In this document: positions 24,405 to 39,030 of the stretch, piece by piece | Numbering within the stretch: position 1 is the stretch's first letter | Layout of the letters: each line of letters starts with the position of its first letter | Source: Rhizophagus irregularis | Lineage: Eukaryota | Direction: 5' to 3' | Length of the DNA stretch: 64,000 bases | Assembly (NCBI RefSeq): GCF_026210795.1 | Contig: NC_089429.1 | Location: forward strand, 6,696,001 to 6,760,000 | Notes under the pieces: model-generated | What the model was told of the DNA's origin: nothing | Seen by the model: the letters and a program-made list of their open reading frames with translations, nothing else | The model's database searches: none | Translations under genes and position numbers: made by a program

Positions 24405-25355
24405 TTATAATAAAATTTCAGTTTTTAACCACCCGGTTTGCGTAAACCATTCCCATAATTTACTTGATCTATTGACATCTATTGGCAGATGTTTTTGTGC
24501 GTCACTCTTACGAAACGGGAATGATCGTTGCGAATAACCTCTTGCAGATGAAATTAAAATTAATTTATAGGTTAAATATTGAAGAGGCGTGAGACGTAAA
24601 GTTGAAGCCACGAGAGCTTCTTTTGGATGTAATAGATCGTAGTGAATTGAATTTCCTATAAACAGAGGGTTCCCCTTCCATGTGATGTTTGGTGTTATAT
24701 TTTTCAGTATATTTTGATCAAGATTTAGCTGTGCAATTTTCTTCATCAAATCTTCAATTTTCATAGGAGGAGGAATTGGTATACGAGTCGGTTTTATCTT
24801 TCCTGCCACAACCGTAGGAGTTATACCGTTATACGCCATAGCTCTATAAAAACTATTATTTTTACCTCTTCTTTTATGTTGTTTAGAAATTGAATTTTTT
24901 GTCTTCGCTTTAATTTTGGATGTTGAATTTTTTGTCTTCGCTTTAATTTTGGATGTTGATGTTTTTGTTGTTTTGGTTTTGACGGTACGTTTTTTTGGTA
25001 ATGGTGGAGTATATGATATACCGGACGAACCGTAATTCAATGATGATGAGGATGATATTGGTAAATCATCTCGTGGCGTTGAACCGTTTTTTAAAGCGAA
25101 TATGTTGGCGCTTGGTCTACTACCAGGACCGAACGAGGCGACATTAGAAACACTGGATTTATTTTGTAACGGTTGTTCATTTTTTGTTTCTGAACGTCTT
25201 ATTAATTCTAGTATCTCCGGCGGTGCATCGCAAATTCTCATTCTATATTTTGATTTGGTTTTGACATGTTCGTTATTAGTTGATGAAGGAGATTGTGTAA
25301 AAGAATCGGCGTCCTTGGTAACAGTAGGAACTTGCATTAATGAATTTGAAGACAT
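24405..25355 (-). CDS. SWIRM-domain protein (Fun19/YOR338W-like C-terminal SWIRM), 316 aa
   Basis: C-terminal WKGNPL...LHPKEALVASTLRLTPLQYL...FRKSDAQKHLPIDVNRSSKLWEWFTQTGWL. Low-complexity S/K-rich N-terminus. TATA-like tatataaaaa upstream at 25453-25462. Confidence 0.88.
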   Translation of the reverse strand: MSSNSLMQVPTVTKDADSFTQSPSSTNNEHVKTKSKYRMRICDAPPEILELIRRSETKNEQPLQNKSSVSNVASFGPGSRPSANIFALKNGSTPRDDLPISSSSSLNYGSSGISYTPPLPKKRTVKTKTTKTSTSKIKAKTKNSTSKIKAKTKNSISKQHKRRGKNNSFYRAMAYNGITPTVVAGKIKPTRIPIPPPMKIEDLMKKIAQLNLDQNILKNITPNITWKGNPLFIGNSIHYDLLHPKEALVASTLRLTPLQYLTYKLILISSARGYSQRSFPFRKSDAQKHLPIDVNRSSKLWEWFTQTGWLKTEILL

Positions 25356-28300
25356 TCTTTCGATAAAAAAAAATAAGGTTTATTTGAAATATTTGGAATT
25401 TTTTTAGTTTTTTTTTTTTAATTTTTTTTAATGGGAATGTAAAGAATGTACATTTTTATATATGAAATTTTCGGAGTTAAAGAAAATTGTATCCGATTGA
25501 TTATTAAAAATTTAAATGAAAGAATTGTCTGTTACTATAATTCATATTTGTTTTTTTTAAAAAAAAAAGTAATAAAAAAAAAAAATTATTAACTCATATA
25601 TGTTTTGAGAAAATAAAGAAAAAAAAAAAAAAATTTTTTTATACTTGCATATACGTAAACATGTTATATACCCTATATATATTGTAAAATAAAATTTGGG
25701 TTTTTTTTTGTTTATTAAATATTTGAACGAAAAAAAAAATTTTTTTTACAATACTCTTATATATAACGTCAATCATCATACATTAAAATTCTGCAAATTT
25801 TGTGGAAAATCCGATCCGATAGAGATAATAAAAAGCATTTATGTAACATATAAACGTATTATTATTTAATAAATTACCATTTATACTTCTCAACATTAAT
25901 TATTATAAAAAACAAGTTCCCAAAATTTAATATGTGCATTTTCGGCATAATACAAATAATGATACTTACTGTATGCATGATGTAAATTAATATATAGTAA
26001 TTTCTATCACTTACTGCGCCAACATATGTAAATGAGTGAGAGATAAGGAGATTTATTCCTTTCAGGATTTGAAGTTTTTATTTTAAATACACATGCGTAA
26101 TTGTTTGTGAAATATGAGATTAAAAAATGGATTAATCCAATTGGGAAACGATAAACGTTAAAACGTTAAACAGATAATCGGAGATCGGAACGACTTTCAA
26201 GGATTTACCATTTATGAGAACATATCAATGTCACAAATTACCCTTTTTAAACAATTCTTACTTGAAACATTTTAACAATTAATTAAACTATTAAAGTAAT
26301 GAATAACGAATAAAAAACCCCAGAATTATTTTAACCCTAAATTATTTATCAAAAATCTAGTTTTCTCACCATAATGGCCCTCAAAATTGATGTTGATATA
26401 AATGGGTTCATTGTTGCTTCTAAATGATATTCCAATATTGGCTTATCAATGATTAACCAAATTTGTTAAATTCTAATTTTTTTTTTGTTTGTTTTGGAAA
26501 AGATCAAATAGCGAATCCGACCAATAAAGCCTTTTTTCTCAATGATGAACCTAAGTACAGTACACCAAAAATTTGATATTAATTGAGATGCAATAAAAGA
26601 AAAGCTTGACAATTTATTACTATAAAATTATTATAACTTAATAGCTTATCATATGAATTACCCCGTCCACTGCTGTACTCTGAACTTTTGAAATAAAAAA
26701 AAAAAATTTTTTTTTTATCTTTTTGTAATGAAATCAGATAATATCTTTGCCCCAAAAAATTTTTTATTTACATGACACAAAAGAAAAATCGTCTTATTTT
26801 ATTAACTATATCAGGAATAGAAAATGTGAAGATGTAGAATTTTTAGAATTGTTCATGATATCATCACTAACAAACTTTTTATTCACAGGTATGGAAATAT
26901 AATATGTATCATTAAATTATGTTTCAGATATTCTTAATAAGGAAATCTATTGTTATTTTTTTTATCGTCTTGGAACCAATTGGTTTTCTCCCTTCGCTTA
27001 TTAATATGATAATATCATGTATGAAAGAACATGAACATCAGAATTTTTGAAATATCAATATAAATGGGAACATACATTACTTTTATAAATTGTATTTTTA
27101 TTAAATGTTTTTTTTTAATTGCTTAATCAAAATGTTGATCTACATTAATGATCCAAGCGGCTCAGCAGGTGGTCTGTGTGTGTAACTGTACCCGTATCGA
27201 GAAGAATTAAAGCACAAGAGTTTTAATTTGTTTCAATATTCAGGAGACAAATATACCGTAAATTTTAATTGTGGCTAGTAAACAAAAGTATCTTATTATA
27301 CGCATTTGGATTATTCGGATTATTCGTTTTTCCTCTTAAACTTGTTTCCTTAAACTTGAAATATCCAACTTCTAATGGCATGCACTTTTGTGTACATTAC
27401 AAAAATTTTCGTATTATACATCATAGTATACTGTATGTCTGTATATCGTATCGATGAAATTATCAAACATAATAATGTATGATTTCGGGCATGATATACA
27501 CGATATCTATATCGTTAATATCCAATCACTTAAAGTCTAATACCAAATTGAATAATTTCCATAATTTGAAGTTTATAAATTCCGGAGCAACATGTTATAT
27601 ACACGGACAAACATTTACAATTTAGATTTTCTTTCTTGACTCACAAATGTTCTTCCAATTAATACAAATTTATTCAACTATTATAAATAGAGAAATATTG
27701 TAGTAAATAGTATTAAGACAATTTCTGTAATAACTCCGAATAAATGCTAGTTTTATTCCGAAAAAACCTCAGTTATGTTCGTAGTAACTAATAGTTTCTG
27801 ATTTTAAATCAATCTATTAATAATTATTTCACGAATCACGATATTAAATTATTTGAGACGTAAATACAATGCTTTTTTTCTTTTAAAAAAAAAAAATTTG
27901 TTATGTGATCGCATTCTCTCGTATCATTAGTCCAAAGCAAATAACAATTTTCTTAAAAATTTTTGGGCTTAATCAAAATTTTATAATTGAACATGTTCAT
28001 AACCATTTCCAAATGCAGCGAAATTGATTCTTCAACATTAACACCGAAATTCTTGAAATCCTCCTTTCAAAATATTCGGTATTTGATCACGTATTGTAAA
28101 TCATGTGAAACCGGATAAATCACTTATTCGGCACTCGAACCGAATAATCGTTGGGACTAATTGCCGATACGGTCTTAGGATAATACAAAGCATGTTTCGG
28201 GAAATTTATTTGGCCGACCTATTTAAAAGTTTGAAGAGAAGAACCTCAGTTGTTAATAAACGTTTAAATACTGAAAATGAAGAATATAAAAAGCTTATAC

Positions 28301-30953
28301 AAAAACAACGACGTGCGTAGTTGGGCGAAAATAATGAGTGCTTTCGATCAAAAGACGTCTTGTATATATTTCGCAGTTAAAGATCATGTAACTCCACATG
28401 CTATGGATTAATTCGGAAATATGTGGAATTACATACATTCCCATATATCTTATGCGGATTCACATCGATCTAACCACAGGATTTGGAAAATATTAGAACT
28501 ATTCGGATTTCGATGTGGATTTCCATGTGGAAAAATTTCCTGATAGATGAGGTTCAAATGTCAATCGATGATTTCGAGAAGTTGTGATGTGAAATATATA
28601 AAATGGAAATTGATAGTCAATGAATCAAAGCCGAAAGACGAAGAAAAAATAAAAAAAAAATAATTAAAATTTTATTACAATTAAATATTAATAAATATAT
28701 TTGTTAGGAATTGTAAAAAAGAAAGTATCGTTAAATTCTATGATCAACCATTGAGGTTATAAAATTGATGTGTGTTGTATGAATGTTGTTGATACGTATT
28801 CACAGATCTGGAGACATTATAAGATTGTTTTGAACGAAGTAAATATTCATTTAAAATTATGAATTTATGATCGCCGCGATTTTTCCAAATCTTCAATTAT
28901 TTGTGTGTTATTATTATCAATAAGATTCTAAAATATTTCATTATCGGCAAAATTTTCTTATAAACTTAACGGTTCGTGTCACAAATATATTTATTTATTC
29001 CTTTCTCATTTTAAGTAGTAGATGCTAAAAGATGAACTTATGATATGGATCAAGAACATTTTTCTAATAAAATACTTACTTTTACAACTTATATTTATTA
29101 ATAAATTAAACTTACCGGAAATTATCTGCTTTTTTGCTGTATTCCAGAATCTTCTTAACCGATGTTGTAACCTTTTCAGCATTGTGATTGCATCAATCTA
29201 CAAGAAAAAAGATCAAATTTTTCAATCCTAGTTTGTATCTCTGAGATATTTTAACGAAAATTTTTTGGGGTATTCGCAGTCGATGAACGTACGAATAAAA
29301 ATGGATTTAGATAAAAAAAAAAAAAAAAATTCTGTGTCCATTGTTTCTAATGTTGAATTCAACCTATCAAACACGTGATGTCTATAAAGATGAATATAAA
29401 TTAATATAATAAAATCCAATATTAACGTTGCGGCTATTTAAATATCACTTTTAACGAGATACTAGCAATTCGCAATTATAATTAATAAAGTATTACAAAA
29501 AAAACATCAATAATATAAAATAAAATAACTTATAAATAGATTTAATGCACGCACATGTTTCGGAAAACTTACAATAACAAATTTGTAATTATAAGAGTTT
29601 ATGAGAGACAAAAAGGCAAATAAATATCTTATCGTTACGGAATCAAAAAATTTCCAATTATATTTTTTTTTTTTGTGTAATTCGAAATAAATAAAATCTT
29701 ATTTGTAGGTCTATAAGAAAGACAATAAACTTATAAAAATAAAACAATAAGATAAAGAAGGTTGGAATAAAGTTATATAATAATATATCATACTATAAGC
29801 GAATAGAATCCTTAGTATTACAAAAATCTTAACCATTGAAACATGTAGTAGAATTAATGATTACAGTGTATGCATATACATATAAATAAATAAGTTGTTT
29901 AAATTAAAAGGTGTTGCGATTAAAGTTAAGTTTAAAATCTGTGTGCATTCATGCATACAATAAAACCCAAGTTATATTTCTGTAACGTTGATCGTACTAC
30001 CAATTATTCAATTCTTTACGGCCGAGGATCATTTTTAGCAAATAAATATAATTTATATTGTTAAACACGTATTTTTACAATAAACTTTAATGCTATATAT
30101 TACGTATTCTCTAAAATTTTATATAGTTTTATATAATAAGTTCGGTTCATATATGAATGTATTTTAATTTTATTCAATTTTAGAACTCATTTCTTTCAGT
30201 TGTTTCTTTATTTGATTTTTTTTCAGTCAATTCCGACTGGCTGAATAAAAGATAAGATAATCAAATATTTCAAATAACATAAAGCTGATTGAAAAAAAAA
30301 ATATGTTTGAAAGGATATAGATTTCTTTTATCTTCTCCAGATTTGGACATATGAACTAATTTTAAATTAATTTATATTTCTATCTAACAATATATTGCCC
30401 CTAGCTATAAAACACACAAATACAGCGGTATATTTACTATATTAATTTCTCTTTTTAGAATTGTATGGATTGAACATAACCTTTTCCGTAAAGCCAAATC
30501 ATTCCTTTATTATGATTCTTTATTCATTGAAATTATATAGCTTTTGTATATAGTTTAACCATATTCGTTTCACGCATCGCTCTTATAGACTTACAAATGT
30601 GTATTAATTATTTCCCTTGTGTTATTATCAATCATTGAAGCGTATAATGAAAGAGATATCAATTTATTTAGGAAGTTTCTCGGATTTCGGCTATTTATTG
30701 TGCGCATGAAAATATATGCACAGGTATTGTAAATTTATTTATCTTCAATACAGCTGTCGTATGTGTTGAATCGTTATTTGGCGCAATTCAATATAATTTA
30801 TTATCAATGATTATTTCTCCAAAAGTATAAAAACGATAGATTTATTTTCATCTCGCAATAAGTTCTAAAGAAAAAAAAAAACAAAACAAAAAATTTCTCA
30901 TAAATTTCCTAAATTCCTAAAAAAACTATCTTTCAATTTTAATAATTTTAATT

Positions 30954-31196
30954 ATGAAACCAATAAAACCAATTCGATTTGTTCCATACGTTGAAAAAGA
31001 TAGGAAAAAAAGAGTTAATGTGTTCATTTACTTTCGTAACGTAATGATAAGTAGATACAGGCCTACTATAATGAATACGTCCGTTTGCAGCAGAATGATG
31101 TTAGAAAAGTGGAATGCTTTACCAGAAACCGAAAAAAACAAATGGCGCGAAAAGCTCTATACAATTCAATCGCTTTCGCCGCAATCTGCACTTTAA
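30954..31196 (+). CDS. Small HMG-box (MATA_HMG-like) protein, 80 aa
   Basis: KKRVNVFIYFRNVM...MNTSVCSRMMLEKWNALPETEKNKWRE fits the HMG-box pattern NxFxxFR...SxxxxxxWxxLxxxEKxxW. TATAAAAA at 30826-30833. Confidence 0.75.
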   Translation: MKPIKPIRFVPYVEKDRKKRVNVFIYFRNVMISRYRPTIMNTSVCSRMMLEKWNALPETEKNKWREKLYTIQSLSPQSAL

Positions 31197-34100
31197 ATAA
31201 TTTACTGTCAATGTATATTATTATTAAAATATTTTAAATATTTTACTTTTCATTTTTTTTTTCTCTTCATGTAAACTTCTACACAATATATCTAATATGA
31301 TAGATATAGTTTAGTTATTTTTTTATATAAATTTTATTTTTATTTTGTTATATTTGTTGCTTAAATTTTAAACGTAGTATTTTGTTTCAGCTTTTCTATT
31401 TTCTTACATTGATGTAATTTAGTACCTTCACCATAACAAATGCAAGTTCGGAATTGATTTTACTTCATCCCGAAATATTTTACATAAATGTATATTAAGT
31501 TATTTAACATAAATAAAATTAAGTAACATAATTTTATGTGGTTATACACGAAAGCGCCGCAATTTTCATATATTTTCTTATCATGTAATAAAATAGCCGG
31601 AAATAATCATTTGTGACAATGAACTCAAATATAGTAAATCGAATAAGCATCGTCAATAGGAGATACATATATATTTATTTATTTATCTATGCTTAATCCA
31701 TAACCAAACATACAGCCAGTGAAAAAATGTATTGAAAAAGTTTCTGTAATATAAAAGCTGAAAGTTACATTATAACACAAGCGAATAAAAATTGTACAAT
31801 TAAAAACAAAAATTTAAAAGAAATTTTTTGTGAATATATTTAAGGTATTATTTTTACATAATCTGAAAGTTTATCATGCATAATATAAGACCCAAAAGAG
31901 TTTAGAAAAGCTTTAGCCGCTGTTAAATATATACCATTTAAGTAATATTAAAATTATAATATACAGTATCTAATTTGCTAATTTTATTGAGATCATTCCT
32001 TAATTCGGACATAATGGTGGATTCGACCTATGAAAATACGATGTAACGTCAATAGATAATACAAATTTTTTTTCTTTGTAAAAAATTTACGTCGAATAAT
32101 ATTATTTTGATTATTATAGAAAGATTACCTGTAACTTAAACACATCCGGTACCCAATTAGTAATTATATCAAAATATGCGTTCTGTTGTTTTTATATATT
32201 TATTTATTTTAATACATTAAGCATTCTTAAAATTGTTTGCATGTTATTATTTGTTGGATCTTGAAATAACAAAATTTATGACCTTTATTGTAATGCAGTA
32301 ATATTTTATTAAGTTACAGGATGAGACTTGAACTGGCGGAATTTCAATTATTTGAAAGGAAAAAAAGTTCTTCATTATTATTTGACAATCTATTTCTAAA
32401 ATATTAAAGTGGTTTTTGGGTTTTAAACTTCGTCTAGAAAAAATGAAAATTGGATGTGACATTTATCCTCAGTCATTGGGCTTTGCTTTTTGCCTGGACG
32501 TTGAGTAGCGCCATGTGGTTACATCCTGTTTTCAGCGCATGAATTGATATACAGTATACTGTATATTGTCAGATTAACGCCTATCAATGGTACCAATAGG
32601 ACGTGTATATACAACGTGATGAGCTACATAATAAAATGGAATGCACGTGATATGGTATTGATCTCACGCAGCGGTCGCTTTAATCTGAGGCAAAGAATCA
32701 ATCTGAGGAACAACATTCGTTGCCTTTAAGACTGTTGATTGTTTTGGCCGTTTGGCCATTTAGCTGTTGGCAAAAAATCCTTTGGCCGAGGGCAAATCCC
32801 AATACTGCTTTAAGACCTCCCAATAACTTCGTGACGACATTATACTTCTGTCTCTTATTTGATCTCAGCGGGTCTGAGGGGAATTGGGATGTTATATCTA
32901 ATTTTAGACGAGTTGAAAGTGATGTCACAAAATACTTTATTTGTGAAGTATGCGGGTTTGGTGCATTGATCTCTCAAAAATAAATATATTTTTCATGATA
33001 ATTTAAATCAACTGATGATACTGATGATAACATGTATTCATTTTGCATGATTGTTTTATTATATACAGTATATAGACTAGAGACAACTGAGTTGTATGTA
33101 CCGTAACTGATATATGTACCGTAAACACCGTAACTTGTGCATATGTAATATTTGGTATAATTCTTTCTCTGAAGCGCTTTGCTCATCATTGTTGTCACAG
33201 TTTAGAATATTTTCAATCACTTTAAATTATTGAAAAATACAAACCATGAAATATATAAATTCGGAGAGATTTAAAAATTTATATTGTTAAGCAGCTATTT
33301 AAACTATTAAACTATTTTATGCTATTAGACTATTTAAATTATTTATACTCTGCGGAATCATTGGCCACAGTAAAAGTTACGGCAATAATAACATTAACGG
33401 CATGTTGGGTTTTGTCGTAATTGTAGCCACAATCCGCTATATCCTTTATATGCTGGCCAATTCATTGGGGCAGTTCCAACTGCATCACTAATTTAGACTG
33501 TCTTTCTTCTCATCATCACTTGTCATTTAAAATTATCCATTAAAAAGTTCTTTTTCACTCAATAAAATAGTTAAGGCTAAGAAATCCGGAAATTTTGTTT
33601 CTCTTTATTTTATTATGTTCTACTTCAAAGTTTAATAATTTTTTCTGTGTAATTAATCATGTGTTCTTTCATTATTGTTCTTTTTATTTCTTTCATCGCA
33701 TGTTCAAATAGGAAAAATAATAGTTGAATCACCTGAATACCATCTGAAGTTAAATTTAAAACATCCGTCTTTTAAACATCCGTCTTTTTTGAAATAAAAA
33801 GACACTTTTTGCTAGTTATGCAATATATTATTGTTTTTGTTTAATACTAATTATTCAAGTTTAACAATAGAATAATGATATTTAACAAGTCGATTATACC
33901 TCATCGGTATAAAAAAATTTAAAATTATAGCTATAATGAATAGATATAGAGGAGGGGATTTTAGTTAAAAAAAAAAAATTTATTATGTATTGGGCTTTAA
34001 CAGTTTTTTTATATTTTTATATCAATTTTTATATCAATCGAATTATCTTTAACAAATTTATTTTTTTTTTATCAACAATCAAGCCATCATATCGATTTTC

Positions 34101-34516
34101 ATACCAAAAATTCTAGTCAATGAAAGTTCATACTTGTTAACATTTTAAGTTATGCATTGAAAAAAAATGTGAATTGATTATTTTTTGATCAAGTAATTCG
34201 TGATACGTGGTCGCACAGTATTATTATTATGTTTATTGAATTTCTTTAACAAGCCATACGCATCAAGCGTCATTGACCCAAATAATTTTCATTTCATTTC
34301 AAAGCATTATTGTATTATTCTACGAAGTTGATTACTTGTTGTGTTGTCACTGAAATTTCTATTTAAAAAACATTATTGTTAAATTATTATTACTTTAATA
34401 CGGATCTATCTTCTGTTGAACTGCTCTCTAAATTCATCTGTTGTTTGTCCGGCGGCGGAAGTGAATTGGATTGTCACGTCAGTCGTTATGTGATTTCTCT
34501 GTTTCCTATAGACTAT

Positions 34517-37165
34517 TTTTTTTTCTTTATTAGTAACTGTAGAAGAACAAGTTATATATTAAATACAAAAAATACATTGAAATATTAGCATCCTAAATCT
34601 CTCCATATCAAATCTCCGTATAATAAAACGAAGTAAAAATTTAACTATCTAGTCCATGTATTCACTAAATTACTAATCACTTTATTTCCCCATAATTTTC
34701 TATCACTAACACCTAACCTAAATACGTCATCTTTACTATTCTCTAGCATTATATTTTTTATAACTTTTTAATTCTTTTATTTGTTTTTTTTTATTTTCTA
34801 ATTTTTCACTATCTATATCTTCATCCCTCTCTGCACCACTATCTTCTTTTTTCTTTTACTTTCTTTTTAAATCTTTGTAATTCCCAAATGTTTTTCTAAT
34901 TCAATCGTATCATTACACCTGTTAATCCAAATTTGTTGCTGTATTTCCTCATAAATTCATCAAATATGCGAAATTGTAACTCATGCTGGCCTTTAATCTT
35001 GCAGAGCGTCCACCATTTCTTGTTTACAATTCCTCTTTTTATTTCATATATTAACTTTTCTGTTTTTGTTATTAACGAGCAATTCTCCGCCAAATCTATA
35101 ATCCTTTCTTTAAAACGAACTTTTTCTTCTCCATTGCATACGCCACCGTCATTATTCAAAATTTCGTCGATACTATTAAAAAAGATATTATATTCAGTGT
35201 TATCCGCACATTTTTTACTACATATTCACAGGTTCCCATGTTTCCTCTTCTAATGAACATCTTGGACACATTATTATTATCAATACCCCACACTTTCCTT
35301 TCCCATAACACTTTGTAATGTTGGCAGAATTTTCAAGAAATTCTTGACTCTGAAACTTCTTGTCGTAGCATCATCTCTGTTCGTAACGTTTTTTGACGTT
35401 GTAATCTCGTTATTTATTAACTTAAATGATGCGCTCCAATCTATCGTTATATTCCTTCCATCTGATTCTATGAAACAATCTCTAACATAATCCAATAACA
35501 TTATGTCAATTTTCGTGTTATTAAAACTCAACTCTTTAAGCCATGATCTGAATGCACCTTCTATCGGAATATAATTCCATCTTAACGCAAACTCATCAAC
35601 CAACAAATTATTTATTTGATCGCTTCTCCAATCGTTTCTTTACAACTAACAAGCGCTTTTTTTATCGCAGGTACCTTCCCGTCTTGAATTTCTTTTTGTA
35701 TCTCAGCTTTGTCGTCTTTAACTAACATCTTTACGTTCTTTAACTCCAATAGCGTATTGATAAAATTTAAATATATATACAATTTATCATCTAGTTCTCT
35801 CCTTGCACTCCCCATTTTACAATAACTATATAACCATTCAATGATATTTAGATCTGTTCTTATTTCTATTTTTATATTACATGGCAATATCATTATCGCG
35901 ATAATCATCCACTTTTCACGAATCTTAATTTTCTTTCGAAGTTAAATTTATCAATATCACTATTTTTTGGTATTAGCTCGTTCCCAAAAAACCCATTCAA
36001 ACACAATTCTCTCCCTTTTTGAATATCTGCACCCACATTCACTATTACTTCTTTGCCAATGAATCCTCTTATTCTTTCTTTTATAAAGTTTCTCAATTTG
36101 TCCGTCGCATCACTGTCTTCTAATATATAATGTAATCACATCATACTATTATCCATACTGTCCATCTTGTTGTCATCAATCAACATAACATTCGCGTCCA
36201 TTTCTTTCACTTCTTTTATATTCGACTCTATCACTGATTCATTTTGCGCTTCTATATTTTCTGATGTCATATATGGTTTCACTATACTCTCATCTCCACT
36301 ATTCTCAATTTTCCTCCCTTTTGTCATCGTCGCTATCTCTTTTCAATATACACCAAACATTGCCCCGCACTACGTTTCCTACTAATGTTATATACTCATC
36401 CTTTACAGTTCACTAAGAATGGCGAGTTAAACTTTTCATTCTCATTCTCCAACTCTTCATGCACAATTAAATGTTTACCCACTTCATCATAATTTTTACT
36501 TCTCGATCTTTTTGTCTTTATACTAAATAAATTTTCTTCCCCCCTTTTCCCACATTATTATTTCTTTATTACTTTCTTTCCTCGTACTAGGCAATAATTC
36601 TTTCCTTAGTATTGTTTTCCCTCGTCAAGATTTCTTGAAATGAAGTAATGTGTTTGACAACCCTGTCATCCTCTTCGACATCTATCACCATTTCACTTAA
36701 TTTCTTGTACCATAACGGTTCTGGTCCTTTACATAAGTTATTCTTTGCCAAAAAATGCGACCATTTCATCATCCTATTCGTGTACGGCTCAATTAATTGT
36801 TCAAGAAATAAACCTCCTCTATTTTTCAATCTATCTCTATGTAATCTGTACTCATCTCTGAATATTTCTTCTATACGAATATTACCCCTCTAATTCTGTG
36901 GTTTGGAAATTGATCACTTTCGTCTTCATGATTACAAATCTTAAAATTATTTTCATTTAATATTATTAAACTGTCACCCACATGTGATTTTGTTGAAAAC
37001 TTCTTACTTGTCGCTATTTCTGCAAAAGACATACCATAATCTAAGAAATTCCAGCTATCTGATCTTTTCTCTTAAATTTGAACCATTATCTCATTCGCTA
37101 AGCCATCTTTCCACATCTTTCACTTTACCACGAAATAACCAAGATTTTTGCGATATTTTACTGTC
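34517..37165 (-). mobile_element. Degenerate LINE ORF2 3' half (post-RT region, RNase H-like remnant, C-terminal zinc knuckle) with A-rich tail
   Basis: Fragments FLEQLI, PEPLWYKKL, IIAIMILPCNIKIEIRTD, RSWLKE, IDWSASF, SFRVKNFLKILPTL, (C)PRC..EETWE and EIKRGIV. T-run at ~34517. Confidence 0.8.
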
Positions 37166-37562
37166 CACAATTGTGTGGTATTAGATGAAGCAGGTGAAGC
37201 GACTGAAGTAATTGCATCAGAAGGTTTCATAATAGGAGCTTTTGATTTAGAGAATTTTATATTAAGTCTTGGAAGTTCTAACCAGTTCTAACGGAACTTT
37301 AACAGCTGATCCTCATTAGATGGGTTCAAACTTGTTCGAGCACAATATTAAAGCTGTAATATAACAAGATCTCGTGACATTTGGTGAGAAAACTTAAAGG
37401 TTTTATAAGTAAATACATTTCTCCACCTCCGGAGTCGTTGGACCAGATCTATTCAAACCTACTATGATATCAGGAGAGTCACTTTCTTCAACTTTTATAG
37501 GGGTAATGACAGCAGCCGACTTTTATTAGGAATAATACTCGTCCGTCTTTCTCTGATACGAT

Positions 37563-37825
37563 TGCCAAGTAATTAAGCGTACCACAGAATGTCATACGTC
37601 TCTTGCTTGTATGAATCGCCAATCCAAAACCCGAAATCTTTATCTTAATGAATAAAATCATACTATAATAAAATCAAATGAATAATATCATACTATGATA
37701 AAATCAAATGAATAAAATCATATTATAATAAAATCAAATGAAATATCATCAATTGACAATAATATGTTTTCTGGCTTCAAATCTCGATGAATGACATTTT
37801 TCTTTTGAATATAGACAAGAGCATC
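37563..37825 (-). pseudogene. Ser/Thr protein kinase fragment (Aurora-like, subdomains VIb-VIII)
   Basis: DALVYIQKKNVIHRDLKPENILLSIDD and KIKISGFGLAIHTSKRRMTFCGTLNYLA, separated by a 30-bp tandem insertion. DFG is changed to GFG. Confidence 0.8.
37647..37741 (+). repeat. 30-bp minisatellite, ~3 copies
   Basis: aatgaataaaatcatactataataaaatca repeated at 37647, 37677 and 37707. Confidence 0.9.
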
Positions 37826-38385
37826 TGGATACCTTTTTATCGTTATCATCCACATTCTTTTTTTTTTAGAAGGTTTATATACTATTTCCTTTTGTCCAAG
37901 TTTCGTTTTTATAATTATAATTTTGTTATTAATAAATCAGGGTAGAAACAGATTTTGAAGGAAGAACTTGCTATGCTTTATTTTTATAAGATTTGATCAG
38001 TGAATTTTCTATTGAAGATTTCACAACAATTGTTTGGTACGGTATTAAAAAAAAAAAATTAAAAAATTAGCACAAAAATCTTCATTTATCATGATGACAC
38101 TGTGACACAAGTATCACGAAAAACATGTAGTGACACCTATATAAATTCTCTTCAAGTGCTTAATATTTACTGCACCCTCTCTAGTGTCTAGTGACCACTA
38201 CACAACTACCACTACACTAAGATTACACATTCCACTATTTTTTTACTATAGTCCCAAGGGAGGTGCACTTAGAGAGGTGTCACTATAGCCAACTTACCTA
38301 TAATGTAATTTCAATTCAAAACCATGAAATAATTTTAAAAGAAAGGTATTGATTATTTGGTAACGAGCTACAGGAGTGTAGAAGA

Positions 38386-39030
38386 GCGTCTGATGGAACC
38401 TTCGCAAAGGCAACTTTGCTATCTTTTATATAGAAATATTTTAATATTATACTCATATTTAGAACCAGAGTATATATCCGCAGGAAAATATGTCACTTTT
38501 ACTGTTATCACGAAAGGATAATGAAGCTATTATTTGCTGAATAATGGATGAACAGATTCTAGGGATTCTAGGCCAGAATCCTTGCTGGAATGTGACGAAA
38601 TTCCTTCACAGTTTAAATATTTATATACTAAAACTTTTGGACAATTTGGCTCAGTAGTACGTGTTCAGGATCCCAAACATGCTAGGGAATTGCTGCCATA
38701 GCTGGCGCTCATTTGGCGCTCATTTGGCGCAACATCAGTTCAATACATAGTTCTTCTTTAACCAATCAATCACCAATGTTTAAAAAATGAAAAATGATGA
38801 TGCTGCAGCATATAGAGCTTTTTTCATCACATTTAAACAATGCTTAATTAATAATAAATAAATTCAGCCAAGTATCGAAGGGACTCTTTATTTATCTTTT
38901 TTATAATGAGTAATTATTTTAATCGAAATTAAATGGATTTTAAATATTTACCTTGGTCCAAATATGACTGACACTTTTACATCCTTGGCTTCATGGTGCT
39001 GAATCTTGTGAACACTTTTTTTGGAATGAC
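38386..39030 (+). mobile_element. Degenerate P-element/THAP9-like transposase relic
   Basis: ASDGT, VRVQDPKHAR, DDAAAYRAF and PWLHGAESCEHFF(G) occur in order, resembling the DxxH and ExxF motifs of P-type transposases. Heavily frameshifted. Confidence 0.55.

Noticed and set aside
25102..25407. 101-aa plus-strand ORF
   Set aside because: Antisense shadow of the SWIRM gene.
32470..33500. GC-richer segment with several short ORFs
   Set aside because: Looks like decayed coding sequence, but I recognised no family motif.
38128..38285. 11-bp inverted repeat tagtgacacct
   Set aside because: Short and without a TSD; possibly a MITE remnant but unsupported.
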